DNA of 63,744 bases, the filler included, from Reticulomyxa filosa (lineage: Eukaryota > Protista > Foraminifera), in the NCBI GenBank assembly GCA_000512085.1. It is 23 parts of 23 records of this genome, joined end to end, with 100 filler letters (N's around TTAATTAATTAA, not from the genome) between each part and the next. Parts side by side here need not be neighbours in the genome. Positions count along the whole stretch, not along the records: positions 1 to 2,501 come from ASPP01005012.1; positions 2,602 to 6,360 come from ASPP01008122.1; positions 6,461 to 10,815 come from ASPP01020100.1; positions 10,916 to 11,979 come from ASPP01040646.1; positions 12,080 to 13,458 come from ASPP01007118.1; 18 more parts are not named here. The stretch is one strand, 5' to 3'. Numbering within the stretch: the stretch's first letter is position 1; each line of letters opens with the position of its first letter. The position numbers were made by a program, and so were the translations under genes. The notes beneath the pieces were generated by a model that worked only from the letters and a program-made list of their open reading frames with translations, had not been told where the DNA came from and did no database searches. This document shows, piece by piece, positions 1-12,821 of this stretch.

Positions 1-772
1 ACAACAACAACAACAACAACAAGTATCAGGAAGAGATGCCAAAGTGCAAAACCACAACGCTGATGACAGCAACTCGGGCGCACTTGTTGGCACTCCATTT
101 GCTTCTCAAAGTAAAAAGAAACGTGCAGGATCGCACGTGCAGTCCGATACCAAATCGGAACCGACTGTATCTCGTCGCCACCGACAGCTGTTTCAGTTTG
201 AAAACGCTCTCGACAACACTGTCATGAATTTTGAAGATGTCATGAACGTGCACAAACACATGCATCAACAAGCTCTTCTTCCATTTACTGATTGGACGAG
301 GACGCAGAAATCCAAAAAACCTCACACTGAAAAGGATCGAAAATCGGCCCAAGATCGAGCCAATGGAACTCCCATTCCTTTGATTTCTCATGAGAGAGAT
401 TTTGATGTTCCTTTGCCTGCACTTACTTTGCCTCGACGAATGGCACTTTCGGGAACTCAAGATCAATTGGATCATTCTACACCTACCACACTTCCTATGC
501 AGCTCTCTTTGCCAAACCAAAAATTGTTTGACGACGCTGATTCACTGCAACATGACAATACCAATGATCTTCACCAACTCCCCTCTCAAACTCTAGGAGG
601 GTCAACTAACGATATAACACATGAATTACAGGCTCAAGAGATAAAGGCAAGCGCTTCCACTCCCCAAAATTTGTCTAACAAAAAGAAAAGAAAAAAGAAG
701 AAGAAAAAAAACGGAACAGAAACACAAGAACAAATTAAAAAAAACGACAAGACAACGCAAGATCATCTGTAA
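1..772 (+). CDS. 3' part of hypothetical low-complexity protein (poly-Q start, Lys-rich NLS-like tail)
   Basis: The frame is open from the (CAA)n at the window start through the 242-aa ORF 44..772, followed by T-rich 3'UTR-like sequence. No family recognised. Confidence 0.6.
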   Translation, partial: QQQQQQQVSGRDAKVQNHNADDSNSGALVGTPFASQSKKKRAGSHVQSDTKSEPTVSRRHRQLFQFENALDNTVMNFEDVMNVHKHMHQQALLPFTDWTRTQKSKKPHTEKDRKSAQDRANGTPIPLISHERDFDVPLPALTLPRRMALSGTQDQLDHSTPTTLPMQLSLPNQKLFDDADSLQHDNTNDLHQLPSQTLGGSTNDITHELQAQEIKASASTPQNLSNKKKRKKKKKKNGTETQEQIKKNDKTTQDHL

Positions 773-2500
773 TGTAAGTTTAGTTGCTTATGTTGGAAGC
801 CATGAAGCGGTGGCCAAAAAAGCGAGGCTGTTGTTTTGACTGGGGGGAAGGTGTTACAAGAAAATATAAAACTACAACCTGCGCTTGTTTGCCATGTTGT
901 TTTATTTTTTATATTTTTTTTTTGTCTGTTTGTTTGGTATTTTTCTGTTTTTGTTTTTGTTTATTCTGTTTCACGTTCGTTCGATTTTTTCTTTTTGTTT
1001 TGTTTCTTAGTGGCACGTCATAGCGTGATTGAAGTTTTTTTGGAAGGAAAAAAATGTTAAAAAAGACACCAATGACAAATCATACGTTAGTTCTTTTACC
1101 CTTTTGCATCGTTTGTTTCCGCCGCTGTTGCTTCAACGGTCAACGCTTTGTTTAGCTGTGACGTTGTTGCATTTGATGTGTGAGTGGTCGAAGTGACTTT
1201 CGTAGGTGTGATGTTTCAATGTTTTTTCTGACGTTTAAGTTCATCCTTTTTGTCTTTGGGGTCAAAATTATTTTTTCTGCATCAAAGATCTTTTGCGACA
1301 AATTTGATAATTTTTAAAACAAAAGTGCGTCATTGCGCAAAAAAAAATTTTCGCATTCGAAAAATATTAGAAATAGAATTTCAATGGAATGAATGTTTCT
1401 CAAAAGTAAATTTATTAGTTTTAAACAAAATACAACAATTTTAAACATTGAAAATTTTAATTGCAAAAGTTTGCACTTTAATCGTATCGCGATTTTCCTG
1501 TTCAAAATCAACCCTTTTTCAATTTTTCAGTCCACAAAATAATCACAAGTAAAAAAATTTTTAAAAAGGTCAGGCTCCGCCATTTTTTTCCATCAATTTG
1601 GTCAGACACAGCGAGTAAGGTTTTCATCCTGAAAAAATAAGAAAATTTTTTGCATTTAACTGTTTTTTTCCGTTCAATACGGGTGTCAACAGGTTTTTTT
1701 TGATTTTCTGTAATTTTTATTTTGTTGATAACATTATTTTTTAAAACAGTAAATAATTTTTAAAGGCAAACATTTTTTTAAGTGATCAGACACCCCCAGT
1801 ATGTTTTCCTCATTTTCATTCAGTCTAAGGAACGCAATACTTAGTTTCATCAAAAACGCTCAAAAAAAATACTACAGCATAGTTTACCTTATTAATATTG
1901 TACACAAGTACAAGTGCAACAAAATTCCACGGTTTTTCGCATATTAGTTGCCATTTGTTTTATCGTTTTGCAATAAGTTACAGTAGAAAAGGCAACATGT
2001 AAAAGACATTTTAAAAAATGTTAGTGTAAACACGAAGCTTTGTTTAACAACAAAAAAAAGCAAAAAAACTAGAAAAGTTCAAAACTAGGGAATCTTTCGT
2101 CCGTTTTGTTCTTACGAAGGTAAAGCATCACGAAAACTAAAAAAATACAAAATTGAGGCCTAAAGTGGATGATGTTATTCTGTTATTTTACACTTACAGT
2201 ATAATTTTACCAAAATTAAGTAATTTTTGTGTAATATAAAATTTGGTTGTAAAAAACTTTTTGAAATGTAAAATTTCAAAAAAGGTTAAATCAAATGACA
2301 GAAAAAAGCATGAGAAAACAAGATTGAAGAAATTAAATCGCTGCAATTTGGCAATGTGTAAAAGTTTTTCCAAAGGTTTTTTTTGACAAGAAAAAAAAAA
2401 GGAAATACCAAATGACCTCAAACGAAACGAAAACAAATAGTGACAATGACAAAAGACAATTGAAAGAACGAGATGAACATGCACATGGGAAACATGAGAA

Positions 2501-2601
2501 ANNNNNNNNNNNNNNNNNNNNNNNNNNNNNNNNNNNNNNNNNNNNTTAATTAATTAANNNNNNNNNNNNNNNNNNNNNNNNNNNNNNNNNNNNNNNNNNN
2601 N
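2501..2601. other. Artificial contig linker (first of 22)
   Basis: N-run + TTAATTAATTAA (stops in all six frames) + N-run. It recurs at ~6361, 10816, 11980, 13459, 17028, 18508, 20586, 24524, 26071, 27705, 33455, 35149, 37494, 49111, 50359, 53067, 54892, 56917, 60081, 61288 and 62591. Confidence 0.99.
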
Positions 2602-3805
2602 CCCGAGCCAGTGAATATATCATACCTACACAATTCCACCATCAAATAAAATTGTAATCCACGCCGGATTGCCTTTTCAATTTCAGTCATTTCCATGCTG
2701 TTCTTGACCATATACAAACTGCCAATATCTTTGCATTGCTCGGCAGTCAAAAACAACGCCGTCTGCGGTGGATTGCTTTGCATGTGTGTCACTTGGATAC
2801 CATTTGAAATATAGCGGTAGTTGTATTCCATAGTTTTGCTCAAGAGGAGAGACAGACGAAAAGTAAGAAATTTGCATCGCGCAATCTTAATCAATTGCTC
2901 CAATTTGGTTTCTGTTTGGATTGATGTGATTAGCGCATTGGACGCTTCCAGAAAACTGCTCGCGTCCAACGCCTCGTCTCGCTTCAATGACTTGGATAGA
3001 ATCGACGTGTGTTCGAAATGCAAAAATTGCTCATGGGCACGAATCAACAGGACGGCCAAGTCGCTGGTCAATTCTCGGCCATTCACTCCGTGAGATAAGC
3101 GCTTGATTGTACACTCATCAAATGTCTTCTCCTCGTGGCTCATTACATTCGGACTCGGAGTCGATCTGCAAATCATATTCATCAACTGCAAAGCGATCTC
3201 TGTTCTTGTGAAAAGATTCGGTTCAATAAAATGATTATGTTGGCCGGATAAAAGTGAAACGAAATGTTCTGAAAAATCGGTGGCCATTTTCTTTTCCATT
3301 TCATCCGTAGGGAGCATCCTTTGCTTGTGACAAAACTCTTGGACATATCTTTGTATCCAATATTGCAATGCATCATCACTTTCAATAGACATTGAACTTC
3401 TTTGCCTAAACGTGGCTTGAACAGATCGAAACAATTTGTCCACTGCCTCCGTCTTATACAATTGAAAATTATTATCAAACATGTCTGGCCAATTGTAATC
3501 GACTTCGCAACCGATCGTAGTTACGCAGAGTATCCACAATTTTAGTTTATCCCAATACTCTTCCAATCGTTTACCTGACTGTGTCATCTGTGACGCCCCG
3601 AAATTGAGCCAACGAATCAAACGCTGAATTGGCTGCGCAATTGTGCTCAATTCGATTAGCTTTGCTCTCATTTGCTCACCAGACGCATTATTCTCTACGT
3701 TTGTTTTCGCATTTGAGAGCGCGTCCACCAAAAGCTCTGCTACACATTCATGGAGCGGCTTTTCATCCCACCCTTGCATATTATCATTATTCAAATGCAC
3801 AGTTT
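2602..3805 (-). CDS. Internal exon of a large hypothetical alpha-helical protein (partial)
   Basis: ~400-codon open frame running into the linker. It starts at an AG acceptor (~3806) just after the (TA)n tract. Confidence 0.7.
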
Positions 3806-3834
3806 CTTATTGCTTATCAAATATGTACATATAC

Positions 3835-3835
<1 letters not shown>

Positions 3836-3891
<56 letters not shown>
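3836..3891. repeat. (TA)n microsatellite
   Basis: About 55 nt of alternating TA. Confidence 0.97.
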
Positions 3892-3895
<4 letters not shown>

Positions 3896-3925
3896 CACTA
3901 TGCTGTTGTCGTTGTTAATATTCAG

Positions 3926-4779
3926 GTTTTGGCCGTTTCCAAGCAAGCCACCTGTTCGGTTACCCCCAGAAGTGCAGCGACAATGTGATCGTTACATTCA
4001 ATTTTATTGTGAAAGTCATAGTGGTAGAAGACTCATATTTGACACATCGCGAGTTTTGTCCATATTTTTTAATTGGGAGTCAATCACTCCAATTTCTTAT
4101 TTTGTTTTTTAAACTTTATAGGGTATCGCAGAACTGTCTGTAGATTTCGATAGTGGAAGAAAAGAATTTGTCGTACAAACATATCAAGTATGATAGTGTC
4201 TGTTTGCTCTATCCATATACAAATATTGTATACAGATATGTAATGATTTTTTTTTTATTTTAAAAAAACAAACAGATGTGCGTACTAATGCTGTTCAACG
4301 AACACGAAACAATGACGTGGAAACAAATAAAGTTGCTGACTGGAATTGACGAGGAGACTTTGGAAACACATGTTTTGGCATTGGCACATCCCAAAATAAA
4401 AATATTATTGAAACGACCAAATCGAAAGGAGGTCGCGGATACGGACAAATTTGCCTTGAATAAACAATTCAAAAACCAAAGGGTACGAATTACTGTTGGC
4501 CTTTTGGAATCGAAGCTCCGTCCTGTCCAAAAAAATGAGGAAGTGCCAAAGCACTTGCAAGATGCTCGTAAGAATCGTGTGGAAGCTGCGATCATACGTG
4601 TTATGAAAGCGAGAAAAACATTGGAACACAACCTATTGGTCTCTGAAGTAGTCCATCAACTCCAAGCCAGATTCAATCCCAATCCACAATTTATCAAACA
4701 AAGAATTGCGAGTTTAATTGAAAGAGAATATCTGGCTAGAGATGATCATAACCGAAAGGTTTATCATTATTTACCATAA
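3926..4779 (+). CDS. Cullin (Cul3/Cul1-like), last three exons
   Basis: Exons ~3926-4052 (FWP..LPPEV..FYCESHSGRRL), ~4122-4187 (GIAELSVDF..VQTYQ) and 4276-4779. The last exon has the neddylation domain EAAIIRVMKARK..IKQRIASLIEREYLAR..YHYLP. Introns are GT-AG. Confidence 0.93.
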
Positions 4780-6186
4780 ACTATCTTATTCTTATTGTTT
4801 TTATTATTATCATCGTTACTATTACTAATTTTTTTTGTTTTGTTTTGTTTTCTTTCTCCATTCTCTTTATCATGTCAATGTTCCGATTTATAACAGGTGA
4901 CAAAGAAAATAAAAATAAAATAAGCTCTTTTTCGTTTGTTCTGTTTTCCCTCCTCCTATTTTTGCTTGATGGATTACAAGGGACTCTTTTTTTTGGTCTA
5001 TCTCAAAACGCAACGTATTTGTGCTTCTATTTATCGTCACAGCATCAAACTCTTTTGATTGTTGTTGTGTAAACTTTTTTCTGTTTTTTGTTTTTTCCCC
5101 TTTTTTTACAAACGCGTGTCCTTTTGCAACGTTGAAATTTTGGCTTGTTTTGAATAAAATAAAACACTTGTATGTCCAAATGACAGGATAGACTCACTTT
5201 GAAACTAACCTTGAATGGACATTCAAGTAATATAATTTTTACTATCCCTGGCCCATTAATGTTGTTTGTTACAGAAACATTTGAATCCACGTTATTGTGG
5301 CATATGCTTGTTTTTTTCGGTAATGTAGTTTTTTTAAATCATTTACTTTGAAAGAAATGAATTGGCCACCTTGCCTTGCACTGTGCAGAGCACTTCTTCT
5401 AAAAAGATAAAAAACTTTCATTGAGATTTTATTAGAGCGCTGAGACAACTGTATTCAAAAAATCTTTTTGGTAACTCTTCTGCAAGTAAAATCGATTTTG
5501 ATTTAATATGTAAATTTACTCATAATTTAAGTTTAATTTCTCAATTATTATAATGGCCAGCAGCAAAGGTTATGCTATATTTTTTTTAGAAACTTTCTAA
5601 AAAGTCATAAAGATTGAAATCTTTGGTTAAAGGTTTATTTATTATAAAAAATAAGTTATTAACATTCATAATATTTAATAATTTGTTATTTGCTTTATTG
5701 TAAACTTTTCTTTTTATATATTTTGACTCCTTCAAAAATTATTTCATCTACTACATTTCATAATAATTTGATAAAAATTATCGATTCATCTTAATTTTAT
5801 CTTTAAAGTTCGAGTCCAATTTTAAATAACAAATTGTATTCCATTTTTGACTGTTTACTATTTGTTAATTATTCACAATCAAATTTATTTGTGTTTCATC
5901 AAAATAAATAAACAAATCATTACCAACGTTGAAGGATCACACGCTTTAGCCTTCATGTGAGTTGATAATTTTGTATTTTTATCATAAATGTTATTTGTAA
6001 ATAAATTAATCAAAAAAGTAAAAAATAAAACGCTAATCAATTATATGACCTTTTTTTTGTTTGATCCAAATTGCAATCACAACGTACAAAAAGTCAGTTA
6101 TCTGACCACGATAAAAAAAAGAAACAAACACTAAAAAAAAATCTCCATCAAAAGCTTCACAAAAAGTGCAATTAGCTTAAATATTT

Positions 6187-6319
6187 AAAAAATAAAAAAA
6201 AAGCAAATAAAAAAAAAAAGCGAAAAAGAAAAAGTTTAGTCCAGGCGGCGCCAAGGGCGCCGCATGGATTAAACTATTTCTTTTTGATTTTTTTTTTTTT
6301 GCTTTTTTTTTATTTTTTT
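6187..6319. repeat. Long imperfect inverted repeat with GC-rich core hairpin
   Basis: Core CCAGGCGGCGCC-AAG-GGCGCCGCATGG at 6241-6267. The A-rich left arm and T-rich right arm are complementary. Confidence 0.75.
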
Positions 6320-6460
6320 CCAAAGCAGCAAAAAAAAAACCTGGTTGCTACTTTGTCTTTNNNNNNNNNNNNNNNNNNNNNNNNNNNNNNNNNNNNNNNN
6401 NNNNTTAATTAATTAANNNNNNNNNNNNNNNNNNNNNNNNNNNNNNNNNNNNNNNNNNNN

Positions 6461-9400
6461 ATATGTATGTAAACTTTACCATTGTAATGGCTAATGGTGT
6501 GGTCATTATAAATGCTAATGATTTGATCAAATTGCTGAACAGCTTGATCGTACTTGTGCCATTCCATATAGACATTGGCAAGGTGTCTTCTCATAGCAAT
6601 GTTTTGTGGGTTGGACTGCAATGCCTTCAACAGATATGTTTCAGCCTCTTCGTATCTCTTAAATTCAAAACACAACAACACCGCATAGGCAACGTACAAA
6701 TGGGGCATGCCTTCGGCATAAGGCAACAGCATTTGCCACATGTGCAAGGACGTTTTCAAATCTCCTTTCGCAAACGCGTCTTCGGCCAATTGTTTCATTT
6801 TTGCAATGGAGAGGGAAATGGGAGCCATGCTATCGCTGCCTTGTATATTGCTGTCCTCTTCGCTGTGTCCTAACTTCATTTCTTCGATCACCTTTTCGTC
6901 GAGTGACGCGTCGGATAAGTCGAGCGAAGTCGGAGAAGGCATGGAGCCAGAGATTAAGATAGTGGGAGCATTGTGATCGGAGTGGTTGTGAGTGGTGCGC
7001 TTGGCCCTTGCGACAACGATGCTCTTTTGAGACACAGTTGCGTGTGTGTCGGTGGGATTGTTTTGTTCTTTCGGTTCCTTGGTTTCGTCATTCGACATGG
7101 TTTTGTTTTTGCTGTTGGTCCCTCCAATGAAATTGATAAGCGCGATATCACTTCGCTAACGCTTCTGCGGGTTGTTTGGCTGCGGAGCTCTCGTGTGGAT
7201 TTTTCTTCTTCAAATCCGACCTTTTCTTCGCCACGGTCGCTAAATTTTGCAATAGTATCAAAGCGATCGGAAGATTCTATCCAAAAAATCATCCGCATTT
7301 GAACATGTTTTTTTTTTTTTATATAATAATAATAATAATAATAAAAAAAGACCTCCAGCTCTCTTTGGAATGGAGATGGATGGCAATTGTCCTCTGAATT
7401 TTTTGAGAGGACGGTCCATTTCATCCATGTCGTCGTCGTAGTTGCAAAATGCGTCCTCGTTTTGATTCGAAGCCAGCAATTCCCTCTGTCTCGCATCTTC
7501 CGGAAATATCGTACAAAACTTTGTGGGAACGGACAAAGGCAAGGTATTGCTGTCGTCATTTGCGACGGTCGACTTTAGTTCGTGTTCAAACTGTTGCCAT
7601 ATGATTTCGCTGTAATCCGTGAGTACTCCCGGCAAAGGACTCCTGTACTTTTCCATTCGAATTTTTGTTCTCTCTTTCTTTATTGCCATCCCCAGGTCCT
7701 GTTCGATGTGTCCTTTCTCTGTCACTCTGTGAAGTATTATATATGTATATATGTATTTTTTTTTTTTGCAAAAAAAAAGAAAAAAAAAAAAAATTACAAT
7801 GTAAACAAACCTGAAACAAGGAACACTATGTGTAATGGTAGTGGGAAAGGGAGCTGCGTCGCCCAGTTCATTGGTCTGATAATGCAAATGTGCATGCTTG
7901 CCCTTGCCGGTAGGCGTCCAAAAGTCGCTTGGCGTGGGAGACACGTCGCTGCTCCTTCGTCGATGCTTTTGATAGGAATACGGATATGGATGAGGATGCG
8001 AGTGCGCATGTGGATGTGGGTGTGAATGTTGTTGATGCAATAGTAGCTGCGATTGATGGGACAGACGTTCACGATGGTGCTTCTCGGGCCAATCTTCGTG
8101 AGGAGTGCGTTTGCCGATGGGACTGAACGACAACGGCTGTCTCTCCTGAGGTGTGACTTTGCCACGGGGAATGTGAACAGGAGAATTGCCTACAGGACTT
8201 GCGTCTCTTTGATCTTCCTTGGCGTCATGAACATGTCCACTTTGCTTCACGTAGTCGTCGATACGAATGGGCGAAGGCTGTTGTAGGTGATGATCCGATA
8301 AGGGCGAGCGACGAACAGCCACTAGTCGACCTGCCGTGTGAGCATTGCGCTGACTCGACAATGTGTAGGCATTATGCTCTTCATCACTCTGCACTCCGCC
8401 ATCCGCCAATGAAGTCACTGCACTTGCCAATGACACATTGGGCTTGTTCTTTTCTAATCCTTTTTATTATAAACACACAAATAGATAAAACAAAACAATG
8501 TGTATAAAATGAGTTGTTTTAAACTTTTCTCATGCTTCAGCTGCGCATCGACATCGAGATCTGCTCGTGTGTGCTCTTTTTTTTCTTTCCAAGATGTAAG
8601 AGGAGACGAAGGGGAGGACGGAGACACTTTCACCACTGTGCTTTTCGTCTGCTCTTTGCTGTGTGACGTCTCCAACGAGTCTCTCTCATTTTTTTTATTG
8701 TCCATCTGTTCCATCGAATATTTGCTCTTTGGTGTCATGGCTATGGCTATGGGTACAATGTCCTTTGCGATTATATGACTCGGACGAGACTGCGGCTGCG
8801 AACGTGGCGTGGTACTTGTTGCATTCGACAAATGGCTTTGATAATGGTCATTTGCATTTACATTTGTATTTACATTTACATTTTCATTTACAATTGCATT
8901 TGCATTTGCATTTGCATTTGCATTTACACTTGCACTTACACTTACACTTACATTCGCATTTTCAATTGCACGCTCATTCGTGCTCATGTTCCTTTGGGCC
9001 AATTGGGGAGACAACGATTCTTGTTCGCTTTCATCGCCCACGTGTATACGTGTTTGGCTCCGCTTTTCGGGCATTGGCAAAGGCAGACGATCCGCAATGT
9101 GTTGACTTTCATCATTCGAAGGTGTGACGGCGGTGTTTGTGAAATAAGGTTTTTCTGTCTTCAATCCTTGAATTGGCGTCGACTTGGAATGGACACGAGG
9201 AATAGCATGTTCGTTCCATGATAGAGATGCTTCGTGTGCAACGCGTGTCGTGTCGATGTGAATACTCAGATTTTTCATCGCAATGTCTTTGCGTCTTGCT
9301 TTTTGGCCGGGAGATAGGCTCGTCTTGACTGGTCTGGTCATTGCGTCGTTTTCCTTTCGTGTCTCTGCGTGTTTCCAATGTTCTTCGTCATTTGAGTATG

Positions 9401-10526
9401 CAAGTTGGTTGATTCGATCACGATTGCGACTACGATTAGCATTGGAATCGATATTATTATTGGCATTATTATTGGCATTATTATTGACATTATTATTGCC
9501 ATTATTATTGCCATTATTATTGCCATTATTATTAGCATTATTATTAGCATTATTATTAGCATTATTATTGACATTATTATTGATATTAGGATTGGAATTG
9601 AAATCCAAGTCGAAACTGTCCTTTTCCTCAATACGTTGCTGATGTTGCACGGAATAACGCCTGATCTGCTCACTTCCACCTCTGTCATTGCTTGGAAACG
9701 TCAAAGTCAAAGGTAACATTGCAACCGGGGGTGGAGGAGGTGTCCTTTGACTGGTCTTGCTTTTGAATGACGTGCCAAACAGCAAGGCGCGATTTGCGAC
9801 AACGGTCGTAATGGAAGACGGGTTGTCATTGATTGGAAAGTGTTCACCGGACTCTCTCTTCGTGTCGCTTGCCTCGATAAGCAGTGGATGACGAGGAGAT
9901 ACCGACCGTGGAGGCTGCATGATTCGCAGGGGATGCAGGGGATGTATAGAATGCAGAGGAGGAGGCGGGGTTGTGGGAGTAGCGACATGATCTTTCGTAT
10001 GATTGGCTCTGCTTCGCGTCAAATGAATTGACGATGCCTTTTCCACTTTTTGTTTCGTTTCGTCTCGTCCAAAAGCGATAATGGCTCTGCCATCCCTTTC
10101 ACGACGTTGCCATGTCGCCATTGAATTGGGTGAGTCTGATGCCGCCTTCGAAGAGTGCGACTTCTGCATTGGAGCATTGTTCTGTCGCTTTGTCATCTCG
10201 TGTTGCAAAGACACGTCGTTCTTGAGGCCCGTCCGTCGCTTATTTGCTTTGTTCATCGATCGCTCTGGAGCCGAATACTTCCAACTGTGGAACGCAGAGC
10301 TATCGCTGTGAGTCGCCGTCGTTATGCTTGTGCTCGCCGCCGATGGCGAGTGTGCGCCCATGCTATCCAATTGTGTGGAAAGGATTGCACTCCCGGCTGT
10401 CGACAATGCAAAAGGTGGACTTTTTTTGTTCAGTCGCGTTTTATACTCCACTTTTCCTTTTTTCTTCAAAACTTTTTCTTCTTCTTCTTCTTCTTCCTTT
10501 GTTTCTGTTGGTCGTCTAGTCTTCAC
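6461..10526 (-). CDS. Large multi-exon protein: long disordered N-terminus plus C-terminal TPR repeats (3' partial)
   Basis: The 690-aa, 392-aa and 229-aa ORFs appear to be exons of one gene. One splice was checked in frame (GAGAAAA|gt ... ag|AAAAGAAC). TPR-like text: YEEAETYLLKALQSNPQN..HLANVYMEWHKYDQAVQQFDQII. Confidence 0.75.
8850..8960. repeat. 6-bp tandem repeats encoding (NA)n/(NV)n/(SV)n
   Basis: TTTGCA/TTTACA/CTTACA units. Confidence 0.85.
9452..9585. repeat. 12-bp tandem repeat encoding NNNA/NNNG/NNNV
   Basis: Array of ATTATTATTRGC/GAC/GCC units inside the minus-strand ORF. Confidence 0.9.
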
Positions 10527-12079
10527 TTTTGTTTTTCTCTGCTTTTTGCCTGTTCAAAACAATTCCCTTATCTTTTACATGTCACCATTGTCATCCCGTG
10601 TTCATTCAAAATCTTTTTTTGACAACAAAACCATTGACACCAAATACATACATAAATAAATCACTTTTTTCCTAAAGCGGACTTATTGCAGTTTTCGTCA
10701 AGAAAAAAAAATATTATTCAAGTGTGTTTACTTTCCATATGTGTATGTATGTATACATATATGCTCGAATATGTCGTATAAAAGTTGTTTCAGCTCACCA
10801 TAAAAAAAAAAAAGGNNNNNNNNNNNNNNNNNNNNNNNNNNNNNNNNNNNNNNNNNNNNTTAATTAATTAANNNNNNNNNNNNNNNNNNNNNNNNNNNNN
10901 NNNNNNNNNNNNNNNGATGTTATTAAATAATCAACCACAAAAATGTGATATAGGCGAAGACTTTCACAAAGAGGGGCACCCCCTTATTATTACAAGCTCG
11001 TAGAATGGACAAAATGGAAAAAGATGTCATCATTGCTAAAGTGGACGTGACAACTCAGAGTTGTTTTACTTTTTTCAAATCTTCATCTAATTCAACAGTG
11101 TGAATCAACAATTTATATTTTTGTGCATTCTCTTCCTATTTTTAAGAGAGGTTTCATTTGCAATCTGTTATTTTATATTTTTGTATGTGTGTCATTTGAT
11201 CATGCATACGAGTAACATAATGAAAATAATAATTGAATTGTGGAGTATATCCATTTACATTGATGTAATATTTACGTTCACAATATACATGATTACAACG
11301 GAGACTCAAGACCTAACTGTTTCCTTTTTCTTCTTCTTTACCAATACATTCACTCATATTCGGTGTGATGTGTCTTAACATTTTTATCAAGAGACAATAT
11401 CATTGACACATATATATTCATATTTATAGGCTTGTGCAACATATCCAATTGTCAATCCTGATTTGATAAAACAACATTTCATTGTTTTTTTTATTTTGTT
11501 TTTCATTCATTTATACAACTCTTGTCCACGTTTTTGGATATAACATAGCCGATTTTGAAATATGTTTTTAAAAAAAGGGACGAAAACATTTGTCCCTTTG
11601 AAAAAATATCTTTGCGAAAAGGAAATATAATTTTCCATCTGTAAAAAATTGTCAAATTAAATTTAATCTATTTAAAAAAAAAATTACTATTATTTAGTTT
11701 GTTTCTTTTTAAATAATAAAAAAAAAAGAACATATATAGTTCATCAGCAACACAACTTTCTTTATTGCTGACTGCGATTAAACGTGGAACAATGACGATA
11801 TTGTTTGACCAGACCGCTTATGCCAATGTCGCCATACTTGGCCTTGCCATGATTTGCAAAGAAATGAGATCGACGATCACTATCGATTGTAATCTTGTTT
11901 TTATTTATATTGGATTGATAACACTTTCTTATTCTTTTTATTGATTCTCTCGTGCGATGGACTTGTTTGTATTGTTAGCNNNNNNNNNNNNNNNNNNNNN
12001 NNNNNNNNNNNNNNNNNNNNNNNTTAATTAATTAANNNNNNNNNNNNNNNNNNNNNNNNNNNNNNNNNNNNNNNNNNNN

Positions 12080-12396
12080 CTCGACCGACGCCGAGATCGA
12101 GCGGGCCGGCACCGATGGCAAGGCCGTGGTGCTCTATCCGCTGGCCTTACGTGTCGGAGCATTCCGAGACCCTGGTCGAACTCGACATCGAATATCGTCA
12201 TCTCAGCGAGAAGAGCGGCGTGCCGGCCTATGTTCGCGTGCCGACCGTGGGCACGCATCCGGCCTTCATCGCCGGTCTTGCCGGTCGCGTGCGTGCGGTT
12301 CTTGCCGAGCCGCAGATCGCCGTCTGCCATGGTGCGACCGCGATGCCCTGCAGTGCCGACCATCGCGGCTGCCCGCTGATCGCCGGAGCCGCCTGA
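12080..12396 (+). CDS. hemH: Ferrochelatase C-terminus (bacterial, 5' partial, 1-nt frameshift)
   Basis: STDAEIERAG..VVLYPLAF-VSEHSETLVELDIEYR..RVPTVGTHPAFI. The EHxETLxELD motif is diagnostic. An extra A at 12149 breaks the frame. Confidence 0.92.
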
Positions 12397-12821
12397 TGCT
12401 CTACGATGTGCTGAAGGCGCTGCACATCATCTCGGTTATCGCGTGGATGGCCGGACTGCTCTACCTGCCGCGCCTATTCGTCTATCACGCCGCTGTCGAA
12501 AAGGGTTCGGTCCAGAGCGAGACCTTCAAGACCATGGAGCGGCGCCTGATGCGCGCCATCATGAACCCGGCGATGATCGCGACCTGGGTCTTCGGCCTCC
12601 TGCTCACCTGGCAGGGCGGGTGGTGGCACTCGGGCTGGTGGCACGCCAAGTTCGCCCTGGTCTGTGGCCTTACCGGGGTACACCACCTGTACAGCCTGTG
12701 GCGCAAGGACTTCGCCGCGGACCGCAACGCGCGTCCGGCAAGGTTCTATCGCTGGTGGAACGAGGTCCCGACCCTGCTGATGATCGCGATCGTGTTCCTG
12801 GTGGTGCTCAAGGCGTTCTGA
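12396..12821 (+). CDS. hemJ: Protoporphyrinogen oxidase HemJ
   Basis: MLYDVLKALHIISVIAWMAGLLYLPRLFVYH..MERRL..IMNPAM..NEVPT..LVVLK. TGATG translational coupling with hemH. Confidence 0.95.
   Translation: MLYDVLKALHIISVIAWMAGLLYLPRLFVYHAAVEKGSVQSETFKTMERRLMRAIMNPAMIATWVFGLLLTWQGGWWHSGWWHAKFALVCGLTGVHHLYSLWRKDFAADRNARPARFYRWWNEVPTLLMIAIVFLVVLKAF

Noticed and set aside
3629-3988. ORFs with (YI)n runs
   Set aside because: Translations of the (TA)n microsatellite.
8663-9716. Plus-strand poly-LH, poly-IC, poly-L and poly-I ORFs
   Set aside because: Antisense or alternative-frame translations of tandem repeats in the real minus-strand gene.
12126-12821. 231-aa N-terminally extended HemJ
   Set aside because: Artefact of the hemH frameshift. 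HemJ starts at 12396.
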